64,000 nucleotides of DNA. Origin: Eutreptiella sp. 'Long Island Sound 2002' (taxonomy: Eukaryota; Protista; Euglenida). Of this stretch, positions 26,801 to 40,897 are shown piece by piece; position 1 is the stretch's first letter, and each line of letters starts with the position of its first letter. Where the stretch lies: contig OZ038379.1 in assembly GCA_964036045.1 (NCBI GenBank), positions 3,286,001 through 3,350,000 on the forward strand, given 5' to 3'. A program made the position numbers and the translations under genes. The notes below the pieces were generated by a model. The model had not been told where the DNA came from. It saw nothing but the letters and a program-made list of their open reading frames with translations, and did not search any database.

Positions 26801-29800
26801 TCCCTTCGGGGCTACTATGATAGGGGTCAGGGGGTGAGGGGTTAGGAGGGCACAAGGGGGATGCCATAGAGGCTGAGTAAGTATACCGGTCAGAACTTTT
26901 GGGTATACATACATGTTCACCTTTTGGGGAGGGCATCCTCCACGAGGTTGTAGCCCAGTGGTCTAGAACGGTAGTATATATATAGTGAGGGGTAGGGTGG
27001 GGGATGGGGGGCGCGGTTGGACCGGGCCCGCGGAACCGCGGTAACATGCCTCGGGCCACACAGCAATACCCTACAACCATTGTCCGGGGCCCAAAGGCAT
27101 GCTTCCACTAGCCGTTTGTAGGGGAGGGCTGGGAAAAGAAAATATTTGGTGTGTGTGAGCGGGAAACTTGACTCTCTACTTGCATGTGCAACTTCTGCAC
27201 TTCTGGGATTGTGGTAGATTGGTTCAGCGTGGACGCTCAAGTGTCGCGGATGGGTTCATGTTTTGTGGAGGAGGTCTTGCATGTAGCTATGGGTAGCCGT
27301 ATGGCAGAGGGGATAGTCCATACAACAATGGACGGGTAGAGGTGTGGGCTCGTGTTGGCTCAGCATTGTGGTCTTGCGTTGTTGCATCAGAAAATGCCTT
27401 GCTTTACAGCAAATGGACCACCCAAATCCACCCCCAAACGGCAAGCGGAAGCATGCCTTCGGCACCCAAACCAGGGTTGTAATAACCAGAACTAAACCTC
27501 AAGCCTAGGCAGGTTTCCAAGGTCTCGTTGGATGGGCCCCTCTTGCATAGGTTGAAGGTGCCCTGCCTGCGGGGTCCTAGGTGCAATTGGTTGGTCGGCC
27601 ACATGTTGTGCAACGGACTACACAGGTAGGCCCACACGCCGCTACATCCTCCCCTATAATCAAACGGTTCACAGCCTACGAAGGTGAACCGGCCCTCGCA
27701 CGTAGTGCCATATGGTTGACGCACACCTTAAATTGTGTTGTAGCTGCTCTGGTGCTACTGGTGGCCTCCATGCCCCGAAAATAGTTGGGGTAGCAATGTG
27801 CGAGAATGCATGCGGCCGTTCTAGTAGTGGCTCACGCAGCTACGCGCTATGAGGGTGGTGGTGGGGCGCAATCATCATTCAAACTGCAACGGTTCTTGTG
27901 TTCAAAAGGATATGCTATGGACAATCTAGATGAAACACAAAGCATTCATTTGTCATTAAAACCGCATCCATATCTACAATCAAAGGGTGGTGGTGGTGGG
28001 GAAGGGGGGTTTGGGGTACCATCCTAGTCCCTTTGGTGCCCTTGAAGTGGTGGTCCCGTGAAGAGGACGCTTAGGCAGGGGGGAGGGGGGGCTTGGGGGT
28101 CTATTAGGCACATTGATTGAGGCCCTCAAGGATTCTTGTAGTGTGCCTAGGGATACCAGCCACCCTCGGGCTTCTTTAACTTGTGTGAATAGCTTGTGTG
28201 GTGTTCCTTGGCAACTTGTGTTTTGGTCCGGGTGCAATTGCATTTACAAGCATGATGCGGCGATGTCATTGGATGTGGCCAAAGGGTGCAACCCCAACCT
28301 ATTGTGCATGTTGGGGCCTAGGTCGTCGGGGCACTAGTCCATGGGGTTGTTGAATCTGCCGCAAGCCGGGGTGTTGGGGGTCTTGAGGTGTGCAGCCCGT
28401 GCGGTACATGGGCAGGTATGCGTAGTAGTGAACCTCATACTTTATTGCGGTGGTTGTGTAAGTGGGTACTAGTATATAAGATGGATGGATTTCAAAGTGT
28501 TGACTTTTCCTCGTATGATAACATGGTATCTCACTTGTGGTGTCAATTATTAGGGTGGCTGATTTGTGGTCCCAGCAACATTGTTGAGGTGTTTTGATGC
28601 TGTGAGGTTGGTTAGCTCCTGGGCTATCCCTTGTTGATAAGTATCCAGTGGTAGCAACACTAGCACCCCCGCTAATACAGCCTTGGTTGATTCACGGTCA
28701 ACAAGAGCTAGTTGTTCCTAATGGTTACCTGTTATGTAGTCCTATGGATCTCATGGGTGCACAGTTAAACAATGCAATCAACCCATGCAGTCGAGACTCG
28801 CAAGACACGGCCAAGGAACTACTAGCTGTAGGAAGACACATGGAACAAGAAACACACTCACCGGCGGCCCCTCGCACCCTCGGCCCCCAACCAGCAACCA
28901 CACACACACACACACACCAACACTACTATGAAGCATGAATGTCAACACTACACCCACCCACCAGTGTACCATGGGAACCACATGCCCCAAGGCCACCCAC
29001 TAATTAATGGGCTCAAACAATTCACCTACCTCCCCCCAACCCACACCGGCTATGCCAGTTGATCTTGCTAGATGTCCGCACAATGGAATCCTTCACATTA
29101 GGAGAGGAGGACTAGTTGTCCATCCAACCTGGGTGCTTGTCACACCAAGGCCGTGCGGTGGGGCGTAGGCACTCCTTTACAGTGGGCGTTCGTCGCATCA
29201 AGGCCCAACAGTATGGCCTAGGCAATCCTTTGTAGTGGGTGTTTGTATTTTCAAGAAAGTATTTTCAAGAGACCCTAACCCCTTTAGAGAGCTACCTAGA
29301 TAATAACATGTGTGATGCCAAAAAGTTGATCTATGTGACTGCACCATGGTTAGGAGGGAGGGTCACAAGTCCTTAAGTTGTGTCGAAGGTGTCGTGGTGC
29401 TACCGCTCGCTTCTATGTCCCCAAAAATGTTGGGGTAGCAGCGTGCGAGACAGCGTCATGACCAGAGCTAGAGCACAGCCATATGCAAGTTTCCGAGGTC
29501 CCATGGGTTCGGCTCCATTGCATGAGTTGAGCAGTTCAGGCCACAGACCACAATGCCAAGCCAACTGATGCATAACCAAGCTGCTACCAACAACAACCTT
29601 GGACCATCAACCACAACACCGACTGAACTGCGGCTAAATTGCGCCTCGGTGCGCCGGCCCCAAGTGGAAACAACAGTAGAAAAGTGACGGGGAAGGAGTC
29701 AAGACCACGGATTTGACTCCCGACCCAACTGCGGGCACATGTACAAAGGGAGATAGCCAAGAACGCAACCTAACTAACAGCAGGTGCTACATGCATGCCC

Positions 29801-31353
29801 CGGGAGAAAGGAGGGGACAGGGCGCGATGACCCCTCTCCCCCTCCCCTTCCCCCTCCCCATAGCAACACGTTCCACTGCCGCCATTCACCACCCAGGATA
29901 GGGAGAGCCAAGAGGAAATTGGGCAGGGGGAATGGGAAACACAAGGGGGGGTAATAAGGTAGGGCAAGGGCAGGGCAGACCACATTCACCGAAAATGGTG
30001 CAGAGCACAGAAGGAGGCAAAGGACATAGGGAAAGAATCAATGTGGTTGATGGAAGCCCCTATCAGGAAAATTATCCTGTAGATGCACACACCAGCGCGC
30101 ACAAGTCATTGGTCGAATCGGCAAACCAAGCAAGGACTCGAAGTGTGCACCTAGATGCACCTGGTCAATGGCACGGGCAGCACCCCATCTCTAGGACATC
30201 CAAACCCGGAATAGTCAAACGGGACAAGTCATCTCCGAGTAAGGTAAAACAAAACACAATCATGACTTCCTGCCCAGCGACAGCTTGGATATCGGGGCAA
30301 GCAAAAACAAGTGGCTAACACCACCACCCCATGCACACCAATGCTAACACAAAACCCCTTGAACTACATGGCACAGGGAGAAGGCACAAGGAGGGTCCCA
30401 ATGAGCTCGCCAAGAATGTGGAGCACAGCGCACGAAGCAAGGCAACATGACAGAATCATTGCAGTTGTTTAGAGGCTTCAACATAGAAGAGACCCTAGAG
30501 GTAGACATCCCTGGCCCAAATGTCACCGTTGGAGCCGTTCAATCCAACGCTAGCAAGGGAGGTCTATCTGGACACACCTGGCCACTGGTACAGGCAATAG
30601 CCCCTCTGTGATGAAGGATCAGGGAAACAGGGAAACAGGGAAACAGAGAAAGTCTTGGTGTTCCGCTAGCATAACCAAAAACCATGTTGGCTCCATTGGA
30701 ACTAGTGGTGATAGTGGCGAGAGGCCAATTGGCACCGCCACCAGTAAACAACAAAATTCTTCATGCCATACCCTCCCCAATACCACCACCACATGCGTAC
30801 GAAGGGGAACTAGCCCCGATCCCAAATCTTAAGTCTAAAGGGGGTGCTACATGGATGGTCTACCACCGCCGCACCAGCTAAGGCCATCATGCCATCAAAC
30901 AACGTGAAACTAAGCCCCGGACACACTGGGAAATGTGGGGCAGCAGAAGCAAGTGGCCAAAACCACCACCACCATGTACACAGGCACCAACAAGGAGCCC
31001 CCTTGAGCCAGGGTCTACCTCCTCAAGGGCTCCATTGAAACACATTGGGACCAACAAAGGGTCGAAATGTGCAATGGCGAGAGGCCAATAGGCGCCGCCA
31101 AAGGCAAACAAACCAAAACCACGGCCTCGTGCCAAACCCCCCCACATGCACACCAGCAGACCCACCCTGCAAGTGTCCTCTTCACGGGACTGCCTCTTGA
31201 GGGACGTCAAAGGGGCCCAAACGGGAAACCATGCCCCGGATCCCCCCTAGAGCAAACCCTCGTGGCACAAACCCCACAAAGTGGTGGTACAGTCTTCAAG
31301 CCTCACACAGGCGATTCTGGGCACGCTTGCTCCACCCTCGGGGAGGTGGTGGT

Positions 31354-31391
<38 letters not shown>

Positions 31392-31954
31392 TGACTCTCG
31401 CCTTCAACCCTCTAGCAAGCATCTCACACTCTTAACCACAAAAACTGTGGTCAGAAAAAAAAACGGTCAGATGGGGTCACCACGCTTGAACAAGGCGTAC
31501 TTGCACTAGGGGAGGGCGTGGGCATGCAACAGAGCACAGAGGCAGGGCATGCCAGAGGCACGTAGCAAGAAGAATGGCTGAGCAGAATTAGGGCACAGAT
31601 CAAGGGAGAGGGGGGGGAGGACAGAGGTGAGAAGGTGACAAGAATGGCATTCCACTCACAACATTGCGGCTCAGTCGCGGCCCAGATAGAGTGCGGCCTC
31701 TTAGCGAGGCTCTCAATCCAGGGTGCATATTCTGCCTCCCTTTTCCCTTGGCCTGGCGTTCACTTCACGGTTCTACTTAGGTGACGAGTGATATGTGTGT
31801 TGACCATGGCGTGGTCGCGGGTGTTGCACGTGCGTGGTTGGTAACCTCTACCAGCCAATATGTAGTCCTCAGGGGCCATAAAGCAATGGATACAGAGCTC
31901 ACATATACCCCCGCGTCACAGGCATATGGTCATCGCCACAAACCTAAGTTCATT

Positions 31955-32200
31955 GTTTGACCTGCTGCACTGCAGCACACCTCAAATGAGGGCCGAATGT
32001 TGCCTTGAGCTCACCGCAGTCAGCGGCTATTGAATGTTTCTTGGCCCGTTTGGGAAAGAGCTTGTACCCCCCATTGGACCGGTTAGGCGTGTATCCCAGA
32101 AAACAAAAGCGACGGCTGCACGGCAGGCCATCCGAGACCTGGGTCCGAACCCGTGTTCTGTAGTGCATTTCCAGTTTGCTGCTTGGCCGTCACCAGTATA
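31955..32200 (-). mobile_element. tRNA-derived SINE-like element, copy 2
   Basis: Head gtgacggccaag...ctggaaat...cgggttcggaccc; body homologous to 17150-17370. Confidence 0.6.
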
Positions 32201-32227
32201 ACTGTTTCCCTTCCATTATCCATTTTA

Positions 32228-32755
32228 CAGGGGGGGGGGGGCTCACCTGGGGACAACTTTGACGGGGAAAACTTCGTCACACCTCCAGTTTTGATGCAGG
32301 GCCATCAGACACCGGAGGGAAAATGTTCGTTAGGGGAAAATTTCGTCACACCCGCAACCCTTGGTTCCTTGTGGACAATATGGAGTTCCTGGGCCTTGCG
32401 TGCAATTGGGTATTTTTTTGCGGTGGCCCCCCATTCTTTTCATTTCATCGCTGGTGCACATGTCATAACGCGCAGCTGCCCAACATCCAATGGCTGGGAC
32501 AAAAAATAAATAGCATAGCACCATAGCTCTGTACCTAAAACACAGAAACCATAGGCAGGTAACACTTGTGAAAGTCAGGAAGCAAACCATTTGGAGCATC
32601 AGAGAGAGCCCGAGATGGGACAAACAAGACAACCTGTCACTGTCACTGTCAACCATTTGTCAAATTGCGCATTCTGCGGGGGGGAAGTTTGTCACCAATC
32701 TGAAAGGCGAAGTTTTCCCCGCGAGGCTGTCCCCTGGCGAAGTCCCCCCCCCCTG
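32228..32755. mobile_element. Tc1/mariner-type MITE, ~530 bp
   Basis: TA|CAGGGGGG...CCCCCCTG|TA; imperfect ~50-bp TIRs containing GGGGACA and CGGGGAAAACTTCG; TA target duplication. Confidence 0.75.
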
Positions 32756-35700
32756 TAACGCCGCCCCTCCAACAGTCGCCTGGTTGCACTGAGACCGAAG
32801 AGTTACCCAAGGCACAAGCTGGATTAGAAGGCTCAAGAGACCAACTGCGTGCCTGTTTGGCTTTGGAGGCGGACCAGTAGAGAGGCAGCCCACATGTTCT
32901 GTAATGGGGCTTGTGGTGGTGGCATGGAATCGGGAGTGGCTGGCCCAGGTACAGGAACTACGCTGCTGGAGATCCAACGCAGACACAATATTGTCGGCAC
33001 AGCATCTGGTTGTCTATTTACCCACCACGTGCTTGCAGTGCTGCCCATGCCGCATGCTGGGCTTGGGCGAGTCGGCGGTGCCCCAGTGCTGACGCGCCAC
33101 GACGTCTCATCTCAGAGGTTGTGTCTACACGTTGCCTGTATCTGCACACGTCGCCGTGGTGGAGGGAGGAGGGAGGAAGGGCGGGTCAGTGAGGGGGGGG
33201 GGGGGGTTATGTGAGTGAGGCCATCCCCAAGGGAGCAAGGGCATGAAGGGCACACCTGCATGGACGACGGTGCTCAGCAGCAGCCAAACTACTGCCCGGC
33301 CCATGAATCCAAACACGCATGGACTGTGCAAGAGAACAAGGATGGCAAGACCAGGGTCCCAGACCTGTTGTGCGCATATCCAAAACCTCCCAAAACCTAC
33401 CTCGCAGCCTCAGTCCCGCCCCCGCATGTCATGGTACCACCTTAGTTCCCGGCAATAGATGCTTCTACCGTGTCTACTGCATCTTCGTGTGTTGGTGGCA
33501 CAGGTTGGACCATGGGGGGAAAGACTTCTCAGGTTGATATGCGACCCCACTGTCCCCCCTGCAAAAGTAGAGGGGAGGGGGGGGTCAGGGGTCGGCCCGG
33601 GGGGGGGGGGGGTTGCCATAGAGGCTGAGGGGTGGGAGGTCTGGGCCAGATTCCCACATGTAGGTATCAAAATGATGAGCGGGTTGCACTGATCATTTTG
33701 ACCAGATAAGAGGGTAAACATTTTGAAAAACAATTTTTCACCCTGCCAAGTGGGGATCCCAGGGCCGGATGGGGAGGGGGGGGGGGGTTTCATCTTTTTC
33801 ATGCATATTTGAAGTCTTTGTAGAAATCTGAGCATTTTGAGGCTTTGTACATACGTAAAAAAGAAAAATTCTCCTGCACTACACCCCGTGCACATTGCAG
33901 ATGATGAACCGGAAGTTGCGATGTTAAAAAGGTATACCCTAACGCCAGACACACACAGTCTGATACGGCAAGCTCGTTGGCTTGTGCAACCGTATGATGC
34001 ACCTTGCAGCTTCACTGATAAAGCTAATCAGCTACGCGCCGTTGGCATTACACAGTTTGTTCTGGTTGTACACAGGATGATTGGAAAACCGCATTGGAAG
34101 ACATGAAACATGAAGGAAACGCATGGCGCGCCATCCATGGATACAAACTACCTCCACGAATGTTCAGATGCGCATGTATCCCTGTACACGCCAACGCTTT
34201 GGTGCTATACACAAGCAGAGATAGTAACCCAACATAGTCACTCTTGACCGGTGAATCATGGGGGAAACCCATGTTGATATGGGCTGTTGTTTTTTTCCGT
34301 GGGTAGTGAGGAAAAAAGGTATAGGCCCCGGTACAAGAAGACACCATAATGACACGCAACCCAGTGCACCCATGTGCCGGGTGCCCATCCCGTGTTCTTC
34401 CAAGCATGTGCAAAAGGCTGTTGTGCCTTCTCCCATCTACCACTCTGGAGGCAAAGAATTCACATGGAAATCGTGTACTATCTTAGACGCACACTGCAAT
34501 CCTTTGTAATATCATTGGCTTTTGCTTTGCATCTATCTGAGCAGTGCAAGTAGCTTTCAGGTTTCCACAAAACCTCCCAGGGCTCAATTTCGATGGCTTG
34601 CAGCTGCCTGTGCTCTGATCGTTATTTGGAAAGGCACGGGGGAAACACAAGTAGGATCCATGCGTGTGACTGAAAAGGTGACGGTAATCCTGAGGTTGCA
34701 GGCAGACTTGGAAATCACAGATGATGCAGACAAGTCCAAACACAGCACCAACAGGTGTCAAAGAGAAGCGTTGGCAGCACTGGGCTGGACCTCACAGTCA
34801 ATCAGGTTGTCTTGTGAAACAATGTGCGTCCATTATAATAAGTCATGCCCAGCACTGGTCCAAGCATCAGATTATGGTATCAAAGTGACATCGACGAACA
34901 CTCTACGGTACAAGTGCCAACCTGCCCAAGACCCGTGGGAAATACTGGTCTTGGCACACACTTGCTGCCTACGATCTGTATGATGTGTGTGGCCTGTGGC
35001 ATGTGTGACGAGTGTGGCATGTGTCACGCATGTTGACCACTGCATATACGTCTGCATACTTCGTCTGCAATGGAGCAACCCAAAGGGTGGTATCAATCCG
35101 CAGCGCCCTGGCTCCCTGCACTAGACCGCTCAATGTTTTGACGCAAAGATACAACATTGTGGTGCCTTATCGCATCCCATGCGGAGGTTAATAAGAGGCA
35201 TGTTGACCCACCTGTCGGCACTTGAGTAATCCACGGCGGTTGGGGGCCAACCCATGACGGCCGTGGGAGGACTGCTTGACCCAAAAAGCCTCTCGTGTCC
35301 GGGAAAGAACGCCCTCTTCTGAGGGCAAGGGGTGAGCGGGGGATGGCGGGTGGAAAAATTAAGCCAGGGCCTCTAGTTCCCCGTCCTGCCCCCTTGTGGT
35401 GAGCACAGATGCCCGTTCCCTCCTCGTTTTTCCTTTGCACTCTCAACGGAGGGTGTCTTTGTGCCGGTGCCCAAAACGCCCCTTCCCGACGCCGTGCGCG
35501 CCGCAGCCGTGCCTGCCATTGGGGGTGAAGGCGAGCAATGCGCATCGGTGGACGGAGGCGTACAACGTCAGACCACTACAACAGCCGCCATCTTGATTCC
35601 CCGCGTGTCCCTTTCCAGTGCGCCCACGACGTTCAGCACCGAGGGGGAGGCCCGGTGTAGTACTGGACCCCGACACCTGCGGCGTGCAGAGGGGCCGGGG

Positions 35701-38700
35701 GGTTCGTTTTCTGTGGGGGGGGTGGGTGCGGGGGCGCAAGCAGGTCTCAAAGCGCTCTACACATGCACGTCCTGGTATGCATATGCAGCAATGTCCGGCA
35801 GTTCCACAAGATCAATGGTATGATACAAATGTGCTACCATACAATGGTCTGCACCTGATGGCCTTTGTTTTGTCAACACCGCAGTGTTTGTATGCCACAA
35901 GACAGGAAAGGCACCCTAATGCTACCATCTTTCACCCGAGTCACCTTGTGTTTGCTGGCACTCCTTGGCCAAGTAACCTGGATGCGGGGGGGGGGGGGGG
36001 CTTGGATTTCCCAATACATTCTGAGCATTTTGCCCGCACACACGTGGGGGGTGAAGTTTCGGAAATTTTCGGAAATTCAGCCTTGGGCGAAAAACCCGGT
36101 GCTCCCCCAATGGGTGAAGGTCTGGGGGGCTGGAGGCAAGGGTTGCGGACCCTCACCGCTATGTCCTATGTGCTCACCCACTTCACCGCCTCCCACAGTT
36201 CAGCATACCAATCACACCGGCACAGCCCCAGGGCAACATTGAAAAATCTCTGACAGGGTAGCGCCATTACCGCCCATCATCTGCAGCTCCAGTCGATGCA
36301 AGTGGGCATGAGGACAAAACTCGTGAGCCCGCCCAAGAAATCGGTTTTTGTTTGTTGGGGCCACAGGGCAAGACACTGGGGAAAAGGTTCCCATACTCCA
36401 CATGAGCAGTGTTGCCCTCCATCATAATTGCTGCCTTCGGAAAAAAAAAAGGCTCTCGCTGATTTACCATTGGCTGCAGGAATGCAGCACCGGGCGGCAG
36501 TCATCCAGCGCGGAGTCACAGCGGTCAGCAAATAACTGACGACAGTTGGCGGTTGAACGACGAAGACATTGGCCGGTAGGTGCCAGAAATTGGCGGTCAA
36601 CCGCCGGCGGGAGGCGGTACACGCCGGTCGGGGGGCGGTCCTCCGGGGCTGTCCTTTGGGGAAAACAAACCAACACCCGTTGCTTCGGAACGGCCCTGGC
36701 TACAAAAGACCTGCGGCCGGGAGGTTGTGGACAGTTCTGAGATCTGAGACATGGGAATGCAGCCAAGGGCTGCCACGCCGGGTGTTTTTCGGCTTTAAAC
36801 GGCCGTGGCCAGCCGGGTGATTAAAATGGCCACAAGTCGATTTTAGGGGCTCCAAAACGCGCGGTACTTTTGACCATCGGATGCGGAAATTATTGCTCTT
36901 TGTTTTTGTCTCTCGCAACATTTGCTGAAAATGCACGTAGCCCCGGGGAATCACGATTCACCGTCGATCATGTGCAGCTGCGAATCCTGATTTGGAAAAA
37001 GCATCTGGAGCAATGGTACTTAATGCTCCTGCCTTTGATACACAATCTTGTCCAAGCGGTGGCTGGACGGGGGCCAGTCGACGGCAGACCAGAGGTGGAG
37101 ATAAAGCGTAGGCCCGCTGGCACCGGGTGCACATTTTTGTTTTTTGGGACACACACACGATGCAGCCTTTTGACGCTCGGGACACACAGCCCAATCTTCA
37201 AGAGTGCGGACCACACGTGTCCCACAGGCGTTCCCGCTCGCGTGCCTTTCCTACGCCGCGCGTTCCGCAGTCTTTCTCAGACACGAGCAGTTGTCTGTTG
37301 AAGAATCTTCGGTAATGCACCGCGTGTTGTGGGGGATGGCCGAAGGTCTTGTGGGATGCAGTCCGATGCAGTGATTGGGGGGTCTGTGGGATACACTTCA
37401 CCGAGACGTCTGCTGCAAACCCAGAGTTGGGTGGTCTGGGGATGGGGTCTGGCAACGTGGTGGCTCTGCCGCGGACGCGCTGAAAAGCACTGCCCGCAAC
37501 GCAACCACATTCGTCACCAGAGCCCTTCCGTGGCAGCCGACCACGCAGACGTGGCGGGAACACGGCTGCCATTGCGTGTTCTGGAGGCTGGTCACAGTAA
37601 TCCCACCGTTCAATGAGCTGTGCACATGTGTAGCCCCCCTCTGGCAATGGTCCAGGCCACCGCCAGGTCACCGTATGCGCCACGCGCAGCCATGTTCCGC
37701 AGCCCATACAGCACGCCTCTCCGACACATCAATGCACAGCACGCACCCACCTGCTCGGCGGCAGAGGTACACCAAAACAGACCAGTACGGGCCTTGAGGC
37801 ACAACACAGGGGCGGCGGCGCGCAGGTCCGGCCAGGACCTCAAACCCAAAACATTTCCACTTCCAGCACAGGCCAGGGCCTCGGTAATCACCCCCCAGAC
37901 CAAACGGTCCCTTTCCTGGGGCAGAAAAGGCAGTTTCCCCGGGCGGTCGGTCGGCAGTGCTCAAAGGGAGGAAAACCAACGGAACGCCGTTTCATGCGAG
38001 AGGGGCCGCCGAACAGCGCAGTCGTTGCGCAAGGGGGTATTGAAAAACAAGACGGCCTCGACCGGGGGTGGTGGCTTGGACTAGCCGTAGCTTGTGCGGC
38101 GCCCGGATGCATGGCATGCAAACACTAGGCCTCCTCCGAAGGGGACCATCTGCCACGGGGACGGCTGAGCGTAGGAAACTGGTGCAACCACCAGAAACTA
38201 CTCTCAATCTCGATAGAAGATCGTCTGAATTGGAGACCCAGAAGGCAAAAAAAAGAACATGCTGCGGCTCAGAGGGTTTGGTACCACACAACTACGGCCC
38301 CTACGGGTGGTGGCTGAGGTGAGGGATGAGACCACCGGCAATGCGGGGGAATGGCCCGAATGGCCCTGGCACTTGCACTTCAGTGGGCTCGGGGTGGTCT
38401 CTCCTGCGTTTCTGGCCCACCGCTGTCCCTTTATCCCACTTCTCTTCGGTTCGTTCCACCGCAGGAAGGACCAGATATGCGGGACGTTGGCTGCGAGGCG
38501 CGGCGTGGCCAGGCGCCCGTTCGCCGGATCCCACTTCGCCGGTAGAGCAGGAGGCCCCTGGCAGTGAGGCTCAGGTCTGCTCGGAAGCGGCTTGACGACG
38601 GGGCTGTTCTCCGTACCAAAAAGAAGTCGAACACGGCCGGCCTCTGGTACCCCCGGACGTCAGCAGAGCGGCTGCCGGCGTCGGTGGGCCATCAGCTGCC

Positions 38701-38850
38701 GGCGGTCCCGCGCCAAACCTCCGTCGGTTGAGTGTCAACCGCCGTCGACCAACCGAATCCTGCCACCGATGACCTCCGGTCGTGCAGAACAAACGAAAGG
38801 GAACATCTTGTTCCTCAAGGACAGCCCTGCTTGGCCATGCCCCTTGCACC

Positions 38851-39216
38851 CACAAAGAGTTGCGGTTGGAAGCGGACCACAACTCAATTCAAAAGCTGCA
38901 TCCAAAAGTGTCCAGATTCATCACAACGGCCAATATCACTTGCAAATGTGGCCCAAACGCCCGGGGGGGGGGGGGGGGCGGACCACAATGAGAACGAGTA
39001 TGTGGGGGCAGCGGCCACCGTCCTGCAAGACGCAGACGATCGAGAGAACAAAGTCAAGGAGAGAGAGAACAGCCCAAACGAAGGGGAGTATGTCTGTGGG
39101 GCTTCTTTCCCTGCCCTTGGCCCTGCCCCCGTCTCCTGTACACAGATTGACGATGCGTGCCCTGCCCGCGGCACTCCCGCCCGGCTCAGGCATCATCCGC
39201 CCCCGCAGGGGCCATG
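38851..39216. repeat. 366-bp near-identical copy of 40563-40928, flanked by a 43-bp direct repeat (38806-38848 and 39218-39260)
   Basis: Base-by-base match with only a few substitutions; the flanking repeat is tcttgttcctcaaggacagccctgcttggccatgccccttgca. Confidence 0.93.
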
Positions 39217-40063
39217 TTCTTGTTCCTCAAGGACAGCCCTGCTTGGCCATGCCCCTTGCAGCCCATGAGGCCGTCCGGCATCCTGCTCCGTCCGCATCAG
39301 TGCCGGATCAACACACCCCCTCAACGCATCAGCCGTCCGAATCCATTGCGCGCACTGCCCCACGACTGCCACTTTGACTCACCCTTTGCCACAAGCATTG
39401 GAAATGCACCAAACCAATCCCAACGCCGGTCCCGTCACAACGAGCGTCGGGTCCCGGAACCCCGCCGCTGTCGCCTGCACTCCAACCGCCGTCGGTTGCC
39501 CGCCAACCTCGTCGCCCATCCTCCAATCGCCGTCAATTACGCGTCAACTGCCGTCGCCGACTCCCATCAATTTTCCGTCAGCCGCCGTCGATCACCCTCC
39601 CTGGTGCTGCCAGAATCACGTGAGCGTATGGGCTGAGGCCATGCTTTGCGCTCGTGGGGCCATCGTGAGAGCGCACCTGACCAGACGTCGACAGGGCTGT
39701 TCGTAGCGCCTAAAACAAAACCTGCGGGACTCCAGTACACCTGCACCTCAGCAGTGCACCGGCTGGAGCAGTATCTGCTGTCCGTTGCTGGCCAACCGCC
39801 GTCGCTCCAGTCGCTATCGGCCGACCACAATCCTGCCACCCAACACCTCAAGCTGTCGTTTGCGGGGGGGGGGGGGGGGCGGATTCTCACTACTACAGGA
39901 CAGCCCTGGACGTGGTCGATGAGTCAATCTGGCAAACGTGTGGACCTCACCCCCTGTAATCGCACTGCACGGCCCTCCGCTTAAAGAGATTGTTCATTAG
40001 GATTCCGACACAACCCAACCACAGCCTGAAACGTGGCGAAACCCCAACTGCTTGCACTTGAAG

Positions 40064-40259
40064 AGGGCAACCTCCCTTCCAACCCGGGGATGTGGTCACA
40101 CTGTTCCACGAGTCGCTGTCCGGGTGGATGTACGCCACGCGGCTTGAGGGGGCCCTCTACGTTGACGAAACGGACCGCGAGCTGGAGTTCCAGAGCCCGC
40201 CGAACCCACAGGATTGCCTGTTCCGCCTGCACCCACAGCACCGCTTCGCAGCTCTGAAG
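40064..40259 (+). CDS. Exon resembling the N-terminal suppressor (beta-trefoil) domain of an inositol-1,4,5-trisphosphate/ryanodine receptor
   Basis: PFQPGDVVTLFHESLSGW...FQSPPNPQDCLFRLHPQHRFAALK aligns by eye with IP3R FLHIGDICSLYAEGSTNGF...[24 protein letters not shown]. Strongly GC3-rich; donor AAG|GTACCC. The acceptor (ttgaag| or gaagag|) is uncertain by 2 nt. Confidence 0.65.
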
Positions 40260-40337
40260 GTACCCCACAACATCCCTTCTGCTGGGGAGGCGGTCGGGCA
40301 ATTTCTGCGGTGCACAGCCCGAGCCTCAACCCCTCAG

Positions 40338-40397
40338 GTCCCTGCCCACCGCTTCCGTCCACTCCTCACAGCCCTCCAACACATGGGGGTCCACCAG
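40338..40397 (+). CDS. Candidate next exon of the IP3R-like gene (VPAHRFRPLLTALQHMGVHQ)
   Basis: Acceptor cccctcag|, donor CAG|GTGTAC; 60 nt, phase 0-0, in frame after a 78-nt intron; weak resemblance to IP3R 'AVLLNKLHHAADLE'. Confidence 0.4.
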
Positions 40398-40897
40398 GTG
40401 TACACCTCGCCCCACCCGAAGCATCTTGGAGCCCGGAACGCCTGGAGTGGGGGGGGGGGGGGGTGTAGGTGGAGGGAGGGGGGTAGCTTTTGGCGCCGGG
40501 GAGAAGGGCAGGTTCACCACCGAACTGTGACGGCAGGTACCTCGCTCTTGTGTGGCAGTGTGCACAAAGAGTTGCGGTTGGAAGCGGACCACAACTCAAT
40601 TCAAAAGCTGCATCCAAAAGTGTCCAGATTCATCACAACGGCCAATATCACTTGCAAATGTGGCCCAAACGCCCGGGGGGGGGGGGGGGGGCGGACCACA
40701 ATGAGAACGAGTATGTGGGGGCAGCGGCCACCGTCCTGCAAGACGCCCACGATCAAGAGAACAAAGTCAAGGAGAGAGAGAACAGCCCAAACGAAGGGGG
40801 TATGTCTGTGGGGCTTCTTTCCCTGCCCTTGGCCCTGCCCCCGTCTCCTGTACACAGATTGACGATGCGTGCCCTGCCCGCGGCACTCCCGCCCGAC

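Noticed and set aside
40092-40260. DIRS-type RT N-terminus (LEFQSPP)
   Set aside because: The extended pattern GDVV.L...DCLF.L.P..RF.A.K fits the IP3R N-terminus far better, and no RT follows.
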